Origin: Candidatus Thorarchaeota archaeon
GTDB taxonomy: Archaea > Asgardarchaeota > Thorarchaeia > Thorarchaeales > Thorarchaeaceae
DNA length: 64,000 nt
Reading direction: 5' to 3'
Assembly: GCA_046758445.1 (NCBI GenBank)
Contig: JBHIAE010000001.1
Location: forward strand, 64,001-128,000
Position 1 is the first letter of the stretch. Each line of letters begins with the position of its first letter. A program made the position numbers and the translations under genes. The notes under the pieces were generated by a model that was not told the DNA's origin, did no database searches, and worked only from the letters and a program-made list of their open reading frames with translations. Shown piece after piece: positions 1-9,869 of this stretch.

Positions 1-346
1 AACCCTTCAGATGACTCTGCATGATGGAAGAAACCTCTTCCTTCCAGAGGGAGCCAAACCTTCTGACTTCAAGACACTAGACACGGTGAAGGTGTCTATA
101 CCGGAACAGAAGTATATGAAGACACACCCACTTGAGAAGGGAGCCTATGCAGTGGTTAGTCGTGGCAAGAACATTGGCATCGAGGGGAAGATCATCGAGG
201 TTGAGAGGCGCTTCGGCACTCATGCCAGCACAGTGACTCTGGAAGATCCAGAGGGAACTCGGTTCCAGACTGCTTTGGAATATGTGTTTGTGCTTGGTAA
301 GAAAGCCTCTGAAGTGAGCCTTGAATCAGGAGGGGCGGAATCATGA
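1..346 (+). CDS. rps4e: Ribosomal protein S4e (eS4), C-terminal part; 5' end outside the window
   Basis: LHDGRN motif, KOW-like GAYAVVSRGKNIG.GKI segment, FQTALEYVFVLG; upstream of rpl5. Confidence 0.93.
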   Translation, partial: TLQMTLHDGRNLFLPEGAKPSDFKTLDTVKVSIPEQKYMKTHPLEKGAYAVVSRGKNIGIEGKIIEVERRFGTHASTVTLEDPEGTRFQTALEYVFVLGKKASEVSLESGGAES

Positions 347-921
347 GCGTCACACCAAACGAGGACCTCTTCTTGGCTGATTGGAGGGATAACCCCATGA
401 AACAACCCTTCATAGCTAAGGTCGTAGTTGACATGTGTACGGGAGGTGGCGAGCCACTGAACAGGGCATCTACGATTTTGGAGCAGCTCACTGGACAGGC
501 TCCTGTACAGTCGCGAGCTCGTCAAACAGTTCGCGATTTCGGAATCAGAAGGAAGGAACCAATTGCTGTCAGAGTCACTCTGCGAGATGACAGAGCACAA
601 AAGTTCCTCACCCGTGCACTTGAAGCAAAGGAAAACAGCCTCTTGATTCGCAACTGGGATGAAGACGGCAACTTTGCGTTCGGAATTGGCGAACATATCA
701 ACATACCTGACGTGAAGTATGACCCTCAGTTGGGCATCCAGGGGATGAACATCACAGTCTGTGTTGAGCGACCTGGATTCCGGGTGAAGAGAAGAAGAAG
801 ACGCAGAACAAGAGTTCCGTACCGACATCGGATAACCCCCGAGGAGAGTATGGTCTTCATCAAGAACAAATTCGGCATAGAGATTCTCGAGAAGGAGCGA
901 GAACGCACTTACTTGTTCTGA
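343..921 (+). CDS. rpl5: Ribosomal protein uL5
   Basis: NPMK...KVVV, TVRDFGIRRKEPIAVRVTLR, GNFAFGIGEHI, YDPQLGI.GM. Confidence 0.97.
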   Translation: MSVTPNEDLFLADWRDNPMKQPFIAKVVVDMCTGGGEPLNRASTILEQLTGQAPVQSRARQTVRDFGIRRKEPIAVRVTLRDDRAQKFLTRALEAKENSLLIRNWDEDGNFAFGIGEHINIPDVKYDPQLGIQGMNITVCVERPGFRVKRRRRRRTRVPYRHRITPEESMVFIKNKFGIEILEKERERTYLF

Positions 922-932
922 GGTGATATGTG

Positions 933-1103
933 ATGAGCACTAGGAAAGACAGGAGCAAGAAGCGCAAGAAGATGGGTAAAGGCAGTAGGAACTGTGTCCG
1001 CTGTGGTACTCATCAGGCCATAATACGATCTTATGGTCTCAACATGTGCCGTCGCTGCTTCCGGGAAACAGCGGAGAAGCTAGGGTTCCGTAAGTATAGT
1101 TGA
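933..1103 (+). CDS. rps14: Ribosomal protein uS14 (zinc-binding), 56 aa, missing from the ORF track
   Basis: Translated by hand: [56 protein letters not shown]; GAGGTGA RBS; lies between rpl5 and rps8. Confidence 0.95.
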   Translation: MSTRKDRSKKRKKMGKGSRNCVRCGTHQAIIRSYGLNMCRRCFRETAEKLGFRKYS

Positions 1104-1119
1104 AGGAGGCCAAAGAGAG

Positions 1120-1512
1120 ATGACACTACTAGACCCATTGGCTGATGCAATGTCGAGCATCTACAACAGCGAAATAGTTGGAAAGCCTGAGGTAATTGTA
1201 GCGCCGGCTTCCAGTCTTATTGAGCGTGTGCTGCAGGTAATGCAGACACAGGGATACATTGGCGAGTTCGAGCGCATTGACGATGGAAAAGCAGGAAGGT
1301 TTCGCATTCAGCTCATGGGACGCACTAACAAGTGTGGCGTAATCAGACCCAGGTTCCCGGTGAAACGAGACGGATTCGAAAGATTCGAGAAGCGCTTCCT
1401 ACCAGCGTACGATTATGGAGTTCTGATTGTCACAACTCCTCAAGGAGTAATGACACATCGTGATGCCAAGAACCTAGGGATCGGAGGAAGATTACTGGCG
1501 TTTGTGTATTGA
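1120..1512 (+). CDS. rps8: Ribosomal protein uS8
   Basis: [38 protein letters not shown]. Confidence 0.97.
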   Translation: MTLLDPLADAMSSIYNSEIVGKPEVIVAPASSLIERVLQVMQTQGYIGEFERIDDGKAGRFRIQLMGRTNKCGVIRPRFPVKRDGFERFEKRFLPAYDYGVLIVTTPQGVMTHRDAKNLGIGGRLLAFVY

Positions 1513-1525
1513 ATGGAGGTCTGAC

Positions 1526-2092
1526 ATGATGTCTTCGAGTTACGTGTACGAGAAACGGATTGAGGTACCGAGTGAATGTCAGGTTTCCTTGGACGGGAAG
1601 ACTGTCACAGTCAGCGGCCCAAAGGGGTTTCTTCAGCGGGGTTTCCCAGAGCCTCAGACGACCATAGCAATCGATGGGAACGAGTTGGTTGCAACCACCA
1701 ACTTCAATCGGAAAAGAGCGAGGGCACTAGTGGGCACTGCCATTGCGCACGTGCGTAACATGATCATCGGCGTCCAGCATGGCTACACATACGAGATGAA
1801 GATAGTCTACAGCCACTTCCCGATGTCAGTCGAGGTCCAAGACAGAGAAGTGATAATCAAGAACTTTATCGGTGAACGCGGTGTTCGGAGGGCTAGACTG
1901 ATCGGAGATGTGGAGGTCAAGACCACAGAGGACGACGTCATCATCAGTGGAATAGACATCGATGCAGTTTCCCAGAGCGCAGCCAATATTCAACTAGCGA
2001 CCAAGATTCGTGGTAAGGATCGACGTGTGTTCTTAGACGGAATATACGTGATTAGAAAACGCAAGGGCGAGGATGTGAAATCGATAGTATAA
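1526..2092 (+). CDS. rpl6: Ribosomal protein uL6
   Basis: VTVSGPKG, VYSHFPM, KNFIGE, KDRRVFLDGIY; start placed after the GGAGGT RBS. Confidence 0.96.
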   Translation: MMSSSYVYEKRIEVPSECQVSLDGKTVTVSGPKGFLQRGFPEPQTTIAIDGNELVATTNFNRKRARALVGTAIAHVRNMIIGVQHGYTYEMKIVYSHFPMSVEVQDREVIIKNFIGERGVRRARLIGDVEVKTTEDDVIISGIDIDAVSQSAANIQLATKIRGKDRRVFLDGIYVIRKRKGEDVKSIV

Positions 2093-2105
2093 GGAGGCGA
2101 GATGA

Positions 2106-2900
2106 ATGTCTAAGAAAGCTGCAATTACTGACGTGCCCGGACTGGGACCAAAGATGGCCGAGAAGCTCGCCGAGGCAGGAGTGAAGACTGTGGCCAAGCT
2201 CTCAAAATCTAAGCCGGACAAGCTGGCTGCCAAGGTCGATGGACTCAGTGAGGCCGGTGCGGCAAAGTTCATTGCCGCGGCTCAGAGGCTCGTCCCTGTA
2301 CCAGAGGTGAAGAAGCCCAAGGCCAAGAAACCGAAGAGGAAGGCCGAGGAAGAGAAACCGAAGCCCAAGAAGAAGGTGAAGAGGCCAGAGGCCAAGCCTA
2401 AGAAACCTCGCAAGAAGAAAAGAAAGAAGAAACCAGAACCAAAGCCCGTGCTAGTGCGGGACACGCTCATAGACCAACGTCTTCTTAGAGTTGCCAAAGA
2501 GAAAAGACGGAGGCAGCCGAAGTTCCGTCATGAACAGGCCCACCGTTGGGTGCGAGTGAGTGACTCTTGGCGAAAGGTTCGTGGAATTGACAATGCCACA
2601 CGAGAGAAGCGGAAGGGCCGCATTGCAATGGTATCAGCAGGATATCGAAAACCGAGATCTGTCAGAGGACTCCACCCATCTAGATTCATCGAAATCTATG
2701 TAGAACGACCATCTCAGGTTGAAGGTCTTGACCCTGATATTCATGCGATTCGCATCGGCTCAACAGTGGGTCTGAGGAAACGCCAGGAAATAATCAGAAA
2801 GGCGGATGCCTTACTTGTGAGAGTCTTGAATCCTGGGGCACCTGAAACTATTGGTGAGGAGGATCTTTTCACAGATCTTGAAGACTTGGAGGTAGACTAG
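2106..2900 (+). CDS. rpl32e: Ribosomal protein eL32 with N-terminal helix-hairpin-helix domain and Lys/Pro-rich linker
   Basis: PKFRH..., WRKVRGID, GYRKPRSVRGLHPS, RVLNP; N-terminal VPGLGPKMAEKL HhH. Confidence 0.93.
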   Translation: MSKKAAITDVPGLGPKMAEKLAEAGVKTVAKLSKSKPDKLAAKVDGLSEAGAAKFIAAAQRLVPVPEVKKPKAKKPKRKAEEEKPKPKKKVKRPEAKPKKPRKKKRKKKPEPKPVLVRDTLIDQRLLRVAKEKRRRQPKFRHEQAHRWVRVSDSWRKVRGIDNATREKRKGRIAMVSAGYRKPRSVRGLHPSRFIEIYVERPSQVEGLDPDIHAIRIGSTVGLRKRQEIIRKADALLVRVLNPGAPETIGEEDLFTDLEDLEVD

Positions 2901-2902
2901 AT

Positions 2903-3358
2903 ATGAAGCTCACTACCCAGAAGAGAATCGCTGCTGACGTGATGAAGGTTGGCATATCCAGAGTCTGGATGGATCCTCAGTTCGAGGACGAGATATCTCT
3001 GGCAATCACTCGAGAGGACATCAGGCGTCTTGTGGATGAGGGTGCAATCCAGAAGAAGCAGAAGATTGGAGTAAGCCGAGGACGAGCACGTTACAAGATG
3101 CAGCAGAAGCGAAAGGGTCAGAGAAGAGGACCCGGAAAACGGAAGGGCAAGCACACTACAACCCTATCGCAGAAGGATCGCTGGATGATGAAGATAAGGC
3201 CGATGCGGCGCGAGCTCCGAAGGCTGAGAGAGGAAGGTAGGATAACCAGGCGAGTCTATCGAGATTTGTACCTGAAGGCCAAAGGAAACGCCTTTAGAAA
3301 CACAGCACACCTTCGGACTTACATTGCCGAACACAAGCTGGAGGCGAAGAGGAGATGA
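2903..3358 (+). CDS. rpl19e: Ribosomal protein eL19
   Basis: QKRIAA, RVWMDP, AITREDIRRL, RRGPGKRKG, YLKAKGNAF. Confidence 0.97.
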   Translation: MKLTTQKRIAADVMKVGISRVWMDPQFEDEISLAITREDIRRLVDEGAIQKKQKIGVSRGRARYKMQQKRKGQRRGPGKRKGKHTTTLSQKDRWMMKIRPMRRELRRLREEGRITRRVYRDLYLKAKGNAFRNTAHLRTYIAEHKLEAKRR

Positions 3359-4128
3359 AAGAAGGTCCTACCTACAAGGTCAAATTCAGACGCCGGCGGG
3401 AAGGGAAAACGAACTACTACAGACGACGACGGCTCCTGCAATCGAGGAGTCCCCGTCTAGTTGTGAGAAAGACAAACACTCGTGTGATAGTACAACTGAT
3501 AGAGGCAAAGGTAGTCGGTGACACAACTGTGGCCACGGCCGTGTCCTCAGAGCTAGGTGGCTTCGGTTGGCGAGCTGGGATTGGCAATCTACCGGCCGCC
3601 TACCTCACTGGACTATTGGCGGGACTGAGAGCCAAGGCGAGAGGCCTGAAGGAGGCAGTACTAGACGTCGGCCTTCATCCTCCTGTTCGTGGTTCAAGGC
3701 TATACGCGGCACTAAAGGGAGCCTTGGATGCAGGTCTTGAGATACCTCACAATCCAGAAGTACTCCCTGACGAGAACAGAATGTCAGGAGAGCACATCGT
3801 ATCTGCGTACAAGCACTTCACGGAGAAGCCGAGCGAAGGACATCTCTTTAGCTCATTGGGAAAGAAGAAGACCACGATAACGACAATCCCAAAGCAGTTC
3901 AAGGCGACAAAGAAAGCGTTGCTTGAGATTCCACCTGCCCAGCTGAAGAAGAAGAAGAAACCGGCGGCTAAGAAGCCGAAGGCGGCTCCAAAGAAGCCAG
4001 CTAAGAAGGTGAAGAAAGAGAGACCTGCTGAGAAACCGCCTCGTGCCGTTCCAAGAAAACCGAAGCCCAAGAGGCTAGTGTCTCGAGGCAAAGGCAAGAA
4101 AGGAAAGAGAGGAGCCAAGAAGGGATAG
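3355..4128 (+). CDS. rpl18: Ribosomal protein uL18 with long Lys-rich C-terminal tail
   Basis: FRRRREGKTNY, PRLVVRKTN, NLPAAYLTGLL, ALKGALDAGLEIPH. Confidence 0.96.
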   Translation: MKEGPTYKVKFRRRREGKTNYYRRRRLLQSRSPRLVVRKTNTRVIVQLIEAKVVGDTTVATAVSSELGGFGWRAGIGNLPAAYLTGLLAGLRAKARGLKEAVLDVGLHPPVRGSRLYAALKGALDAGLEIPHNPEVLPDENRMSGEHIVSAYKHFTEKPSEGHLFSSLGKKKTTITTIPKQFKATKKALLEIPPAQLKKKKKPAAKKPKAAPKKPAKKVKKERPAEKPPRAVPRKPKPKRLVSRGKGKKGKRGAKKG

Positions 4129-4138
4129 GAGAGGATTC

Positions 4139-4819
4139 ATGATGAGTAGGAGACGACGTCGGCCACCACGCCGACAGGAAACAAGCCCGCTTGATGATTG
4201 GGTTCCCAAGACAGCTCTAGGGAAACTTGTCAAGGAAGGACATGTTAACAACATTGAGGAGATATTTCTCAACAACTACCTTATCCGTGAGCCTGAGATT
4301 ATTGATGTTCTGATCCCGGAGCTTCGGCAGGAAGTCGTGGATGTGACTATGGTTCAAAGACAGTCAGACAGTGGACAGCAGAAGAGCTTTCGAATCACTG
4401 TAGTGGTAGGAAATGGTGAGGGAGTCATTGGAATCGGAATTGGTAAGGCTCCAGAATTCGTTCCAGCAGTAAGGGCTGCCGAAGCCAGAGCAAAGCTGAA
4501 CGCAACTGTGTTCCGTAGGGGGTGTGGTTCATGGGAGTGTCGATGCCACGACCCGCACAGTATTCCATTTCAAACAAAGGGCACTTCAGGGTCTGTTTCC
4601 GTGACGCTCCGGCCTGCCCCCAAGGGTACTGGACTGGTCACTGCCGATGTTGGCAAGATAGTCCTCCGAATAGCGGGGCTGAATGATGTCTGGTCTATCA
4701 CGAAGGGGCGCTCAAGAACTTCCTCCAATTTCGCAAAGGCCTTTGTCGATGCTCTCACACAAACATACAAGATGCTACCTCCACAAGAATGGATGTCGTC
4801 AGGAGTGCCAGAAGAATGA
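4139..4819 (+). CDS. rps5: Ribosomal protein uS5
   Basis: WVPKTALG, EPEIID, RRGCGSWEC, PAPKGTGLV. Confidence 0.97.
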   Translation: MMSRRRRRPPRRQETSPLDDWVPKTALGKLVKEGHVNNIEEIFLNNYLIREPEIIDVLIPELRQEVVDVTMVQRQSDSGQQKSFRITVVVGNGEGVIGIGIGKAPEFVPAVRAAEARAKLNATVFRRGCGSWECRCHDPHSIPFQTKGTSGSVSVTLRPAPKGTGLVTADVGKIVLRIAGLNDVWSITKGRSRTSSNFAKAFVDALTQTYKMLPPQEWMSSGVPEE

Positions 4820-5298
4820 GCTCGGAGGAGAAAGTTGTATTAGCAATACGCGTCAGGGGACAGGTGAGAGTTAGACCCCAGATAGAAGACACTCTCGACA
4901 AGTTGCTCTTGGGCAGAGTACATCAAGCTAGAGTTCTGAAGCTGAACTCAAGTCTGCAAGGGATGATTATCAAGGCCAAGGACTACATCACATGGGGTGA
5001 GATTGATGAGAAGACTGCTACGATGCTTTTGTCCAAGCGTGGTCGCCTTCCTGGCAACAAGAAACTCAGCGATAGTTATGTGAAGAAGAACTCGAGCTAC
5101 AATACTATCAAGGCCCTTGCCAAAGCGATAACCGACGGCAAGGCTACAGTAAGTGACGTCGAAGGACTGAAGCCTGTGTTTAGGTTGACACCGCCACGGA
5201 AGGGATTCCGGGGCAAGAAACATCTACCAGTGGGGATGGGTGGAGTAACAGGGTACCGAGGACCCGAGATTAACGCCTTGGCCCAGAGAATGATTTGA
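4816..5298 (+). CDS. rpl30: Ribosomal protein uL30
   Basis: AIRVRG, KDYITWGE, KPVFRLTPPRKGF, GYRGPEIN. Confidence 0.95.
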   Translation: MSSEEKVVLAIRVRGQVRVRPQIEDTLDKLLLGRVHQARVLKLNSSLQGMIIKAKDYITWGEIDEKTATMLLSKRGRLPGNKKLSDSYVKKNSSYNTIKALAKAITDGKATVSDVEGLKPVFRLTPPRKGFRGKKHLPVGMGGVTGYRGPEINALAQRMI

Positions 5299-5308
5299 GG
5301 TGATATGA

Positions 5309-5854
5309 GTGAGTTGGGACGACCCATTTGATGACTCTGAAGATCCGCGAAAGAGACTCCGAAGGTGGCTAGGGGATTTTCTTCCTGAGGAAGTCTTCGA
5401 CCAGATTGATGAGATGATGCGACGAATGATGGATGACATGCAAGAAGGCGATATGTTCGACATGGATTCCATTGAGGAGTTCATGAGAGAGAACCCTGAT
5501 GGGGCTAATCCATTTGTGTTTGGCTTCTCTATGCGAATTGGCCCGGATGGCAAACCCATTATCCAGAGGTTCGGCAATGCTCCAAGTCCGGATGGCGCTA
5601 GGATGCTCCCCCAGCTAGAGCCGCTTGTCGACATTATTGAAGAGAACGATAAGATAATCGTGGTTGCTGAACTGCCTGGAGTGGAGAAGGATGAGCTAAA
5701 GGTCCGTGTTAAGGGCCAGACGCTCACTATAGATGTAGATAATCCGGAGAAACCCTATCATAAGGAGCTGAAGCTCCCGGCGAAGGTACGGAAGGAAGAG
5801 GCCAAGTCATCTATGCGAAACGGTGTACTTGAAGTGCGACTAAAGAAGGCATGA
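5309..5854 (+). CDS. hsp20: Small heat-shock protein (archaeal Hsp20)
   Basis: PFVFGFSMRIGPDGKP, EPLVDIIE, VAELPGVEK, NGVLEVRL alpha-crystallin motifs. Confidence 0.93.
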   Translation: MSWDDPFDDSEDPRKRLRRWLGDFLPEEVFDQIDEMMRRMMDDMQEGDMFDMDSIEEFMRENPDGANPFVFGFSMRIGPDGKPIIQRFGNAPSPDGARMLPQLEPLVDIIEENDKIIVVAELPGVEKDELKVRVKGQTLTIDVDNPEKPYHKELKLPAKVRKEEAKSSMRNGVLEVRLKKA

Positions 5855-5871
5855 GATAGGAGCAATCTGCA

Positions 5872-6324
5872 ATGCAGAAGAGGAAATCAAAGAAGATCCA
5901 TAAGATGCGGGGACGCAGATCTGCCGGCTACGGCTTCAGTGCAGGCCACAGAGCATCAGGGCAGAGAGGCGGCAAAGGAATGGCCGGCTCAAGGAAACAT
6001 CATTACATCAAGGTGATGCAGGAAGACCCCCGCTACTTTGGCAAGTGGGGCTTCAAGAGGCCTCAGAATCTCATTGATGATGTTGTTGCTATCAACATCG
6101 GTGACATAGACGAGGCGCTTGAGAGGCTTGTTGAGAGAGGAGGCGCTACCAAGAAGGGGCGCAAGTACACTGTTGATGTGTCATTACTTGGCATAGACAA
6201 GATCCTGGGCTCCGGAAAGGTGACTCAGAAGATTGACCTAGTTGGTGTGAAAGCTATCTCAGCCAGAGCACGTGAGAAAGTATTGGAGAAGGGTGGCTCG
6301 GTGGACCTCCCGAGGGACCAGTGA
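5872..6324 (+). CDS. rpl15: Ribosomal protein uL15
   Basis: RG.RS.GYG...HR.SG.RGGKGMAG, YFGKWGF, KILGSG. Confidence 0.96.
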   Translation: MQKRKSKKIHKMRGRRSAGYGFSAGHRASGQRGGKGMAGSRKHHYIKVMQEDPRYFGKWGFKRPQNLIDDVVAINIGDIDEALERLVERGGATKKGRKYTVDVSLLGIDKILGSGKVTQKIDLVGVKAISARAREKVLEKGGSVDLPRDQ

Positions 6325-6443
6325 GGTCCACAAAGGGTGTGATTTGATTTCCACGCAAAGTGAAATGTTGATATCGAAGAACCACTAGCTTTAAAGGCAT
6401 AGCCAGGCTCGACGTCGAAAAACCCTGCAGGAGACAACAATTC

Positions 6444-7943
6444 TTGCCATCAGCATTCCTTAGGGCTCTATCACCGTTCGTACGGGTGATGCCAGAGGTA
6501 AGGACACCTGACAGAGAGGTATCCTTCCGCGAGAAGTTAGTGTGGACGGGAGTAATCCTCGTTCTCTTCCTTCTCATGTCGCACATCCCCTTGTATGGTG
6601 TCGATAAGACAGTCGGGACTGACTATCTCTGGGCACTGCGAGTGATTCTCGCGAGTAAGAGAGGGACTCTGATGGAGCTGGGGATAGGGCCAATAGTCAC
6701 TGCAGGTCTGGTCATGCAGCTACTCTCGGGCTCAAAGATCATCGATGTTGACTTCAGCGACCCAGATGACAGAGCACAGTTCACCGGTGGGCAGAAGGTT
6801 CTAGCCATGGTAATGACAGCCTTCCAGTCCATCGCATACATCATTGGTAATGCCTACGGAACTCTGGGACCAGAGGCTGCACTACTGGTGTTCATGCAAT
6901 TGTTCATTGCGGGAATCGTTGTGATTCTAATGGACGAACTCATCCAGAAAGGATGGGGCCTTGGTTCGGGTGTTTCACTGTTCATCATGACGAACGTTGC
7001 CGGTCAAGTGATATTCAACGCGCTGAACTTCGTTGACCTAGAATCCGCGATAGCACCTGGCTACACAGATCCGACTAACCTTCCACGTGGTATCATCGCC
7101 GCTCTGCTAGCAAACACCATCAGGTTCTTTGGAATCGGCACGGATGTGGGTCCATTCATTGACTGGGGTTGGCTTCTGATTCGAGATGGTGTCAATCCAA
7201 GTCTGTTCACGCTCGCAATAACCCTGGTAATCGTGGTCGCAGTGGTATGGATGGAATCTGTCAGAGTTGAAATCCCACTACAGTATGCCAAGTATAGAGG
7301 AATGAAGGCTAGGTATCCCATCAAGCTGCTATATACCTCAAACATCCCAGTGATCTTGGCTCAGGCGCTATTCGCCAACATTCTGTTCTTCGGACAGATT
7401 ATCTCCACGAACTTCAACCCGACGGGCACAAATCCTCTGCTGAGCTGGATAGGAATCTTCCAGCAAGACCCTGACAGTGCGCGAATGATTGCGACGTTCG
7501 GCCTGTCTCGTTACGTGACTCCACCTCAAGGCATATTCAACGTCTTCGAGCAGCCTGACGGACTCTTACATATCGCGGTGTATTCGTTCTTGATGATCCT
7601 GTTATGTTGGGGCTTCTCTCGTGTTTGGACGGATATTGCTGGCATAGCCCCACGAGACGTGTCGCGCCAGCTTCTAGATAGCGGATACATTGTTCCTGGG
7701 TTCAGGAGAAGCGAGAAAGTGCTTGAACGTCTGCTGGATAGGTACATCCCGATTGTAGCGAGCCTTGGCGGTTTCCTCGTCGGAGTGTTAGCAGCTGCGG
7801 CAGATGTGGCAGGTGCACTTGCGAGCGGTACTGGTATTCTGCTTATGGTGTCAATCATCAAGCAGTACTACGAGCAGATTGCAAAGGAGCAACTAGCCGC
7901 TATGGGCGGCGAAGGCGTTGCTGGACTGCTTGGAATACTGTAG
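6444..7943 (+). CDS. secY: Preprotein translocase SecY/Sec61alpha
   Basis: GTLMELGIGPIVTAG, KGWGLGSGVSLFI, YPIKLLYTSNIP, SGTGILL; TTG start. Confidence 0.97.
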   Translation: MPSAFLRALSPFVRVMPEVRTPDREVSFREKLVWTGVILVLFLLMSHIPLYGVDKTVGTDYLWALRVILASKRGTLMELGIGPIVTAGLVMQLLSGSKIIDVDFSDPDDRAQFTGGQKVLAMVMTAFQSIAYIIGNAYGTLGPEAALLVFMQLFIAGIVVILMDELIQKGWGLGSGVSLFIMTNVAGQVIFNALNFVDLESAIAPGYTDPTNLPRGIIAALLANTIRFFGIGTDVGPFIDWGWLLIRDGVNPSLFTLAITLVIVVAVVWMESVRVEIPLQYAKYRGMKARYPIKLLYTSNIPVILAQALFANILFFGQIISTNFNPTGTNPLLSWIGIFQQDPDSARMIATFGLSRYVTPPQGIFNVFEQPDGLLHIAVYSFLMILLCWGFSRVWTDIAGIAPRDVSRQLLDSGYIVPGFRRSEKVLERLLDRYIPIVASLGGFLVGVLAAAADVAGALASGTGILLMVSIIKQYYEQIAKEQLAAMGGEGVAGLLGIL

Positions 7944-7951
7944 TTTGTGTT

Positions 7952-7970
7952 GGCGAGGCTGCTCCTCGCC
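7952..7970 (+). terminator. Short GC hairpin after secY
   Basis: GGCGAGG-CTGCT-CCTCGCC followed by a pyrimidine-rich tract. Confidence 0.4.
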
Positions 7971-8104
7971 TCGCATTCCCTTCTTGGACTAGCCGAAATC
8001 ATGGACAGGATTTGGCACCAGGATTTGAGGCAAACCTATTATGTGATTTTGTATTCGCAGAGGACCTACAAACGAAGAGAAAGAGAAGCGCTGTGGTGTC
8101 AATA

Positions 8105-9145
8105 ATGGCGTCAAGCAGGGTTAGGTATGCACTTCCCGCACTATTCTTTGCAGCTGGCGTATGGGGAGCTATTCAGCTAATAGTAGATGTGACTTCTACG
8201 GCTGCTGTGAGCGATATTCTATCGGTATGGGGAGGCAGCGCATACGAAGACATCCTCTTTGTCATTGTATTGGGCTTGCCGATGTTGCTTCTTGAGTACA
8301 TAGGACTCGCAGTGCCAATGGCGATTCTGTTCTTGGTGATTGCGAAGGCCTTCAAGTCTGCCTCGTATGAGATGAACATCATGAACATTGGTGCCGAATT
8401 CGGCGGCATTCGCATGGTCCGAAGGGCAGCAACGCCAGCGTTGTTCAGTGTTAGTACGTCAGCATTTCTACAAGGGTGGATCCAGAGCAACTGGTTCAGC
8501 GTCACTGGAACGCTAACTACAGAGGATCAACTCATGTATGACCTTGCGCTGTCCTTGATTGCCGCACTTGTATTTCTCATTGTGGCCCTTCCGTTGTTCA
8601 CACCGACTTGGGTTTTGAACGATGCAGGGATAGTGACTCATCTGAAGTCAGACAAGATGAAGGTACGTCAGTGTCCTGACACACAAGGCGTAGGTCGATG
8701 GGTCGGGAATATTCTGGGAGGGTACGCCCTGATAGCATTCCCGATTGCAATGTTCATCACTCAATTCTGGGAGCCATACTTCGTTGAGCTTTCTAGACCA
8801 CTCACTAACACCAATCTTCTCATCAGCTTCCTCTGGATTCTGGGACTGCCACTCTTGGTGATGGCCTTCATTATGCCTGTGGTTGTGCTCAATGAGGCCT
8901 ATCAGAAGAGAATACGGCGCCGCCTAACAAGAATCGCCGTTAGGTTGGGTGCAACCGTCGTTTTGAAAGAGAAGATCGAAAAGGTTGAGAAACCCGAACT
9001 CCTGACAAAGAGAAGAAGAAAGAAGGAAGACTTGGGAATACTGGAGACACAAGAGGTAGTAGAGATTGTGACTTCAGCGAAGGGAGTCAAGACATACAAG
9101 AGGAAGAACGGCAAGAAGAAGAAACCCTCCAATAAGAAGAAATGA
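8105..9145 (+). CDS. Multi-pass membrane protein of unknown function with basic C-terminal tail
   Basis: Long ORF with about 6 hydrophobic segments and a Lys-rich end. Confidence 0.75.
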   Translation: MASSRVRYALPALFFAAGVWGAIQLIVDVTSTAAVSDILSVWGGSAYEDILFVIVLGLPMLLLEYIGLAVPMAILFLVIAKAFKSASYEMNIMNIGAEFGGIRMVRRAATPALFSVSTSAFLQGWIQSNWFSVTGTLTTEDQLMYDLALSLIAALVFLIVALPLFTPTWVLNDAGIVTHLKSDKMKVRQCPDTQGVGRWVGNILGGYALIAFPIAMFITQFWEPYFVELSRPLTNTNLLISFLWILGLPLLVMAFIMPVVVLNEAYQKRIRRRLTRIAVRLGATVVLKEKIEKVEKPELLTKRRRKKEDLGILETQEVVEIVTSAKGVKTYKRKNGKKKKPSNKKK

Positions 9146-9272
9146 ACAGCCCTTCTCGACTGACTTCGAGAGAATCTGACTCCCTGAAAGCCCAAGAGCC
9201 TACAGAACCTATATAACGAGCAGAGTAGGACCAACGGCCAGTCGTGCAAGAAGTACGATGTGGTCGGTCCTC

Positions 9273-9863
9273 ATGACGGAAGAAAGGAACGTGGTCATTG
9301 TCACTGGGATTCCAGGCGTTGGTAAGACCACAGTCATTGACACTGCTGTGGAGATAGTCAAGAGCCAGCACGGTGAAGAAGTCCTCGTTCTGAATATTGG
9401 TACAGAGATGTTTGAGATTGCTTCAAAGAAGGGACTCATACAAGACAGAGATGAACTTCGAAAGATGCGAACAGCCAATCAACGTGAGGTCCAGAGGTTG
9501 GCAGGAGAAGCCATCGCAAGGAAAGCGAAGACAGCCAGAGTCATTGTAGATACTCATACTCTCATACAGACTAAGAACGGTTTCCTCATTGGGCTCCCAG
9601 AGTGGGTAGCGAGGGCAATACAACCGAAGACCGTGGTCTTGGTTGAGGCCGACCCGGACAAGATAGCTAGTCGTAGAAGCTCAGACGGTACCAGGACTCG
9701 TGATGACCAGTTGATAGAGGAGATTGACACACATCAGAGGATGTGCCGTGCAGCTGCTGTTTCAGTCGGGACATTGACTGGAGCAACCGTCAGAGTAATC
9801 AAGAACCGCGAGGGAAAGGTAGAAGAGGCGGCTACCGAACTAGCGTCAACACTGATGGAGTAA
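9273..9863 (+). CDS. adkA: Archaeal adenylate kinase
   Basis: TGIPGVGKTT P-loop, DRDELRK, IVDTH, GFLIGLP. Confidence 0.95.
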   Translation: MTEERNVVIVTGIPGVGKTTVIDTAVEIVKSQHGEEVLVLNIGTEMFEIASKKGLIQDRDELRKMRTANQREVQRLAGEAIARKAKTARVIVDTHTLIQTKNGFLIGLPEWVARAIQPKTVVLVEADPDKIASRRSSDGTRTRDDQLIEEIDTHQRMCRAAAVSVGTLTGATVRVIKNREGKVEEAATELASTLME

Positions 9864-9869
9864 TGTCTG

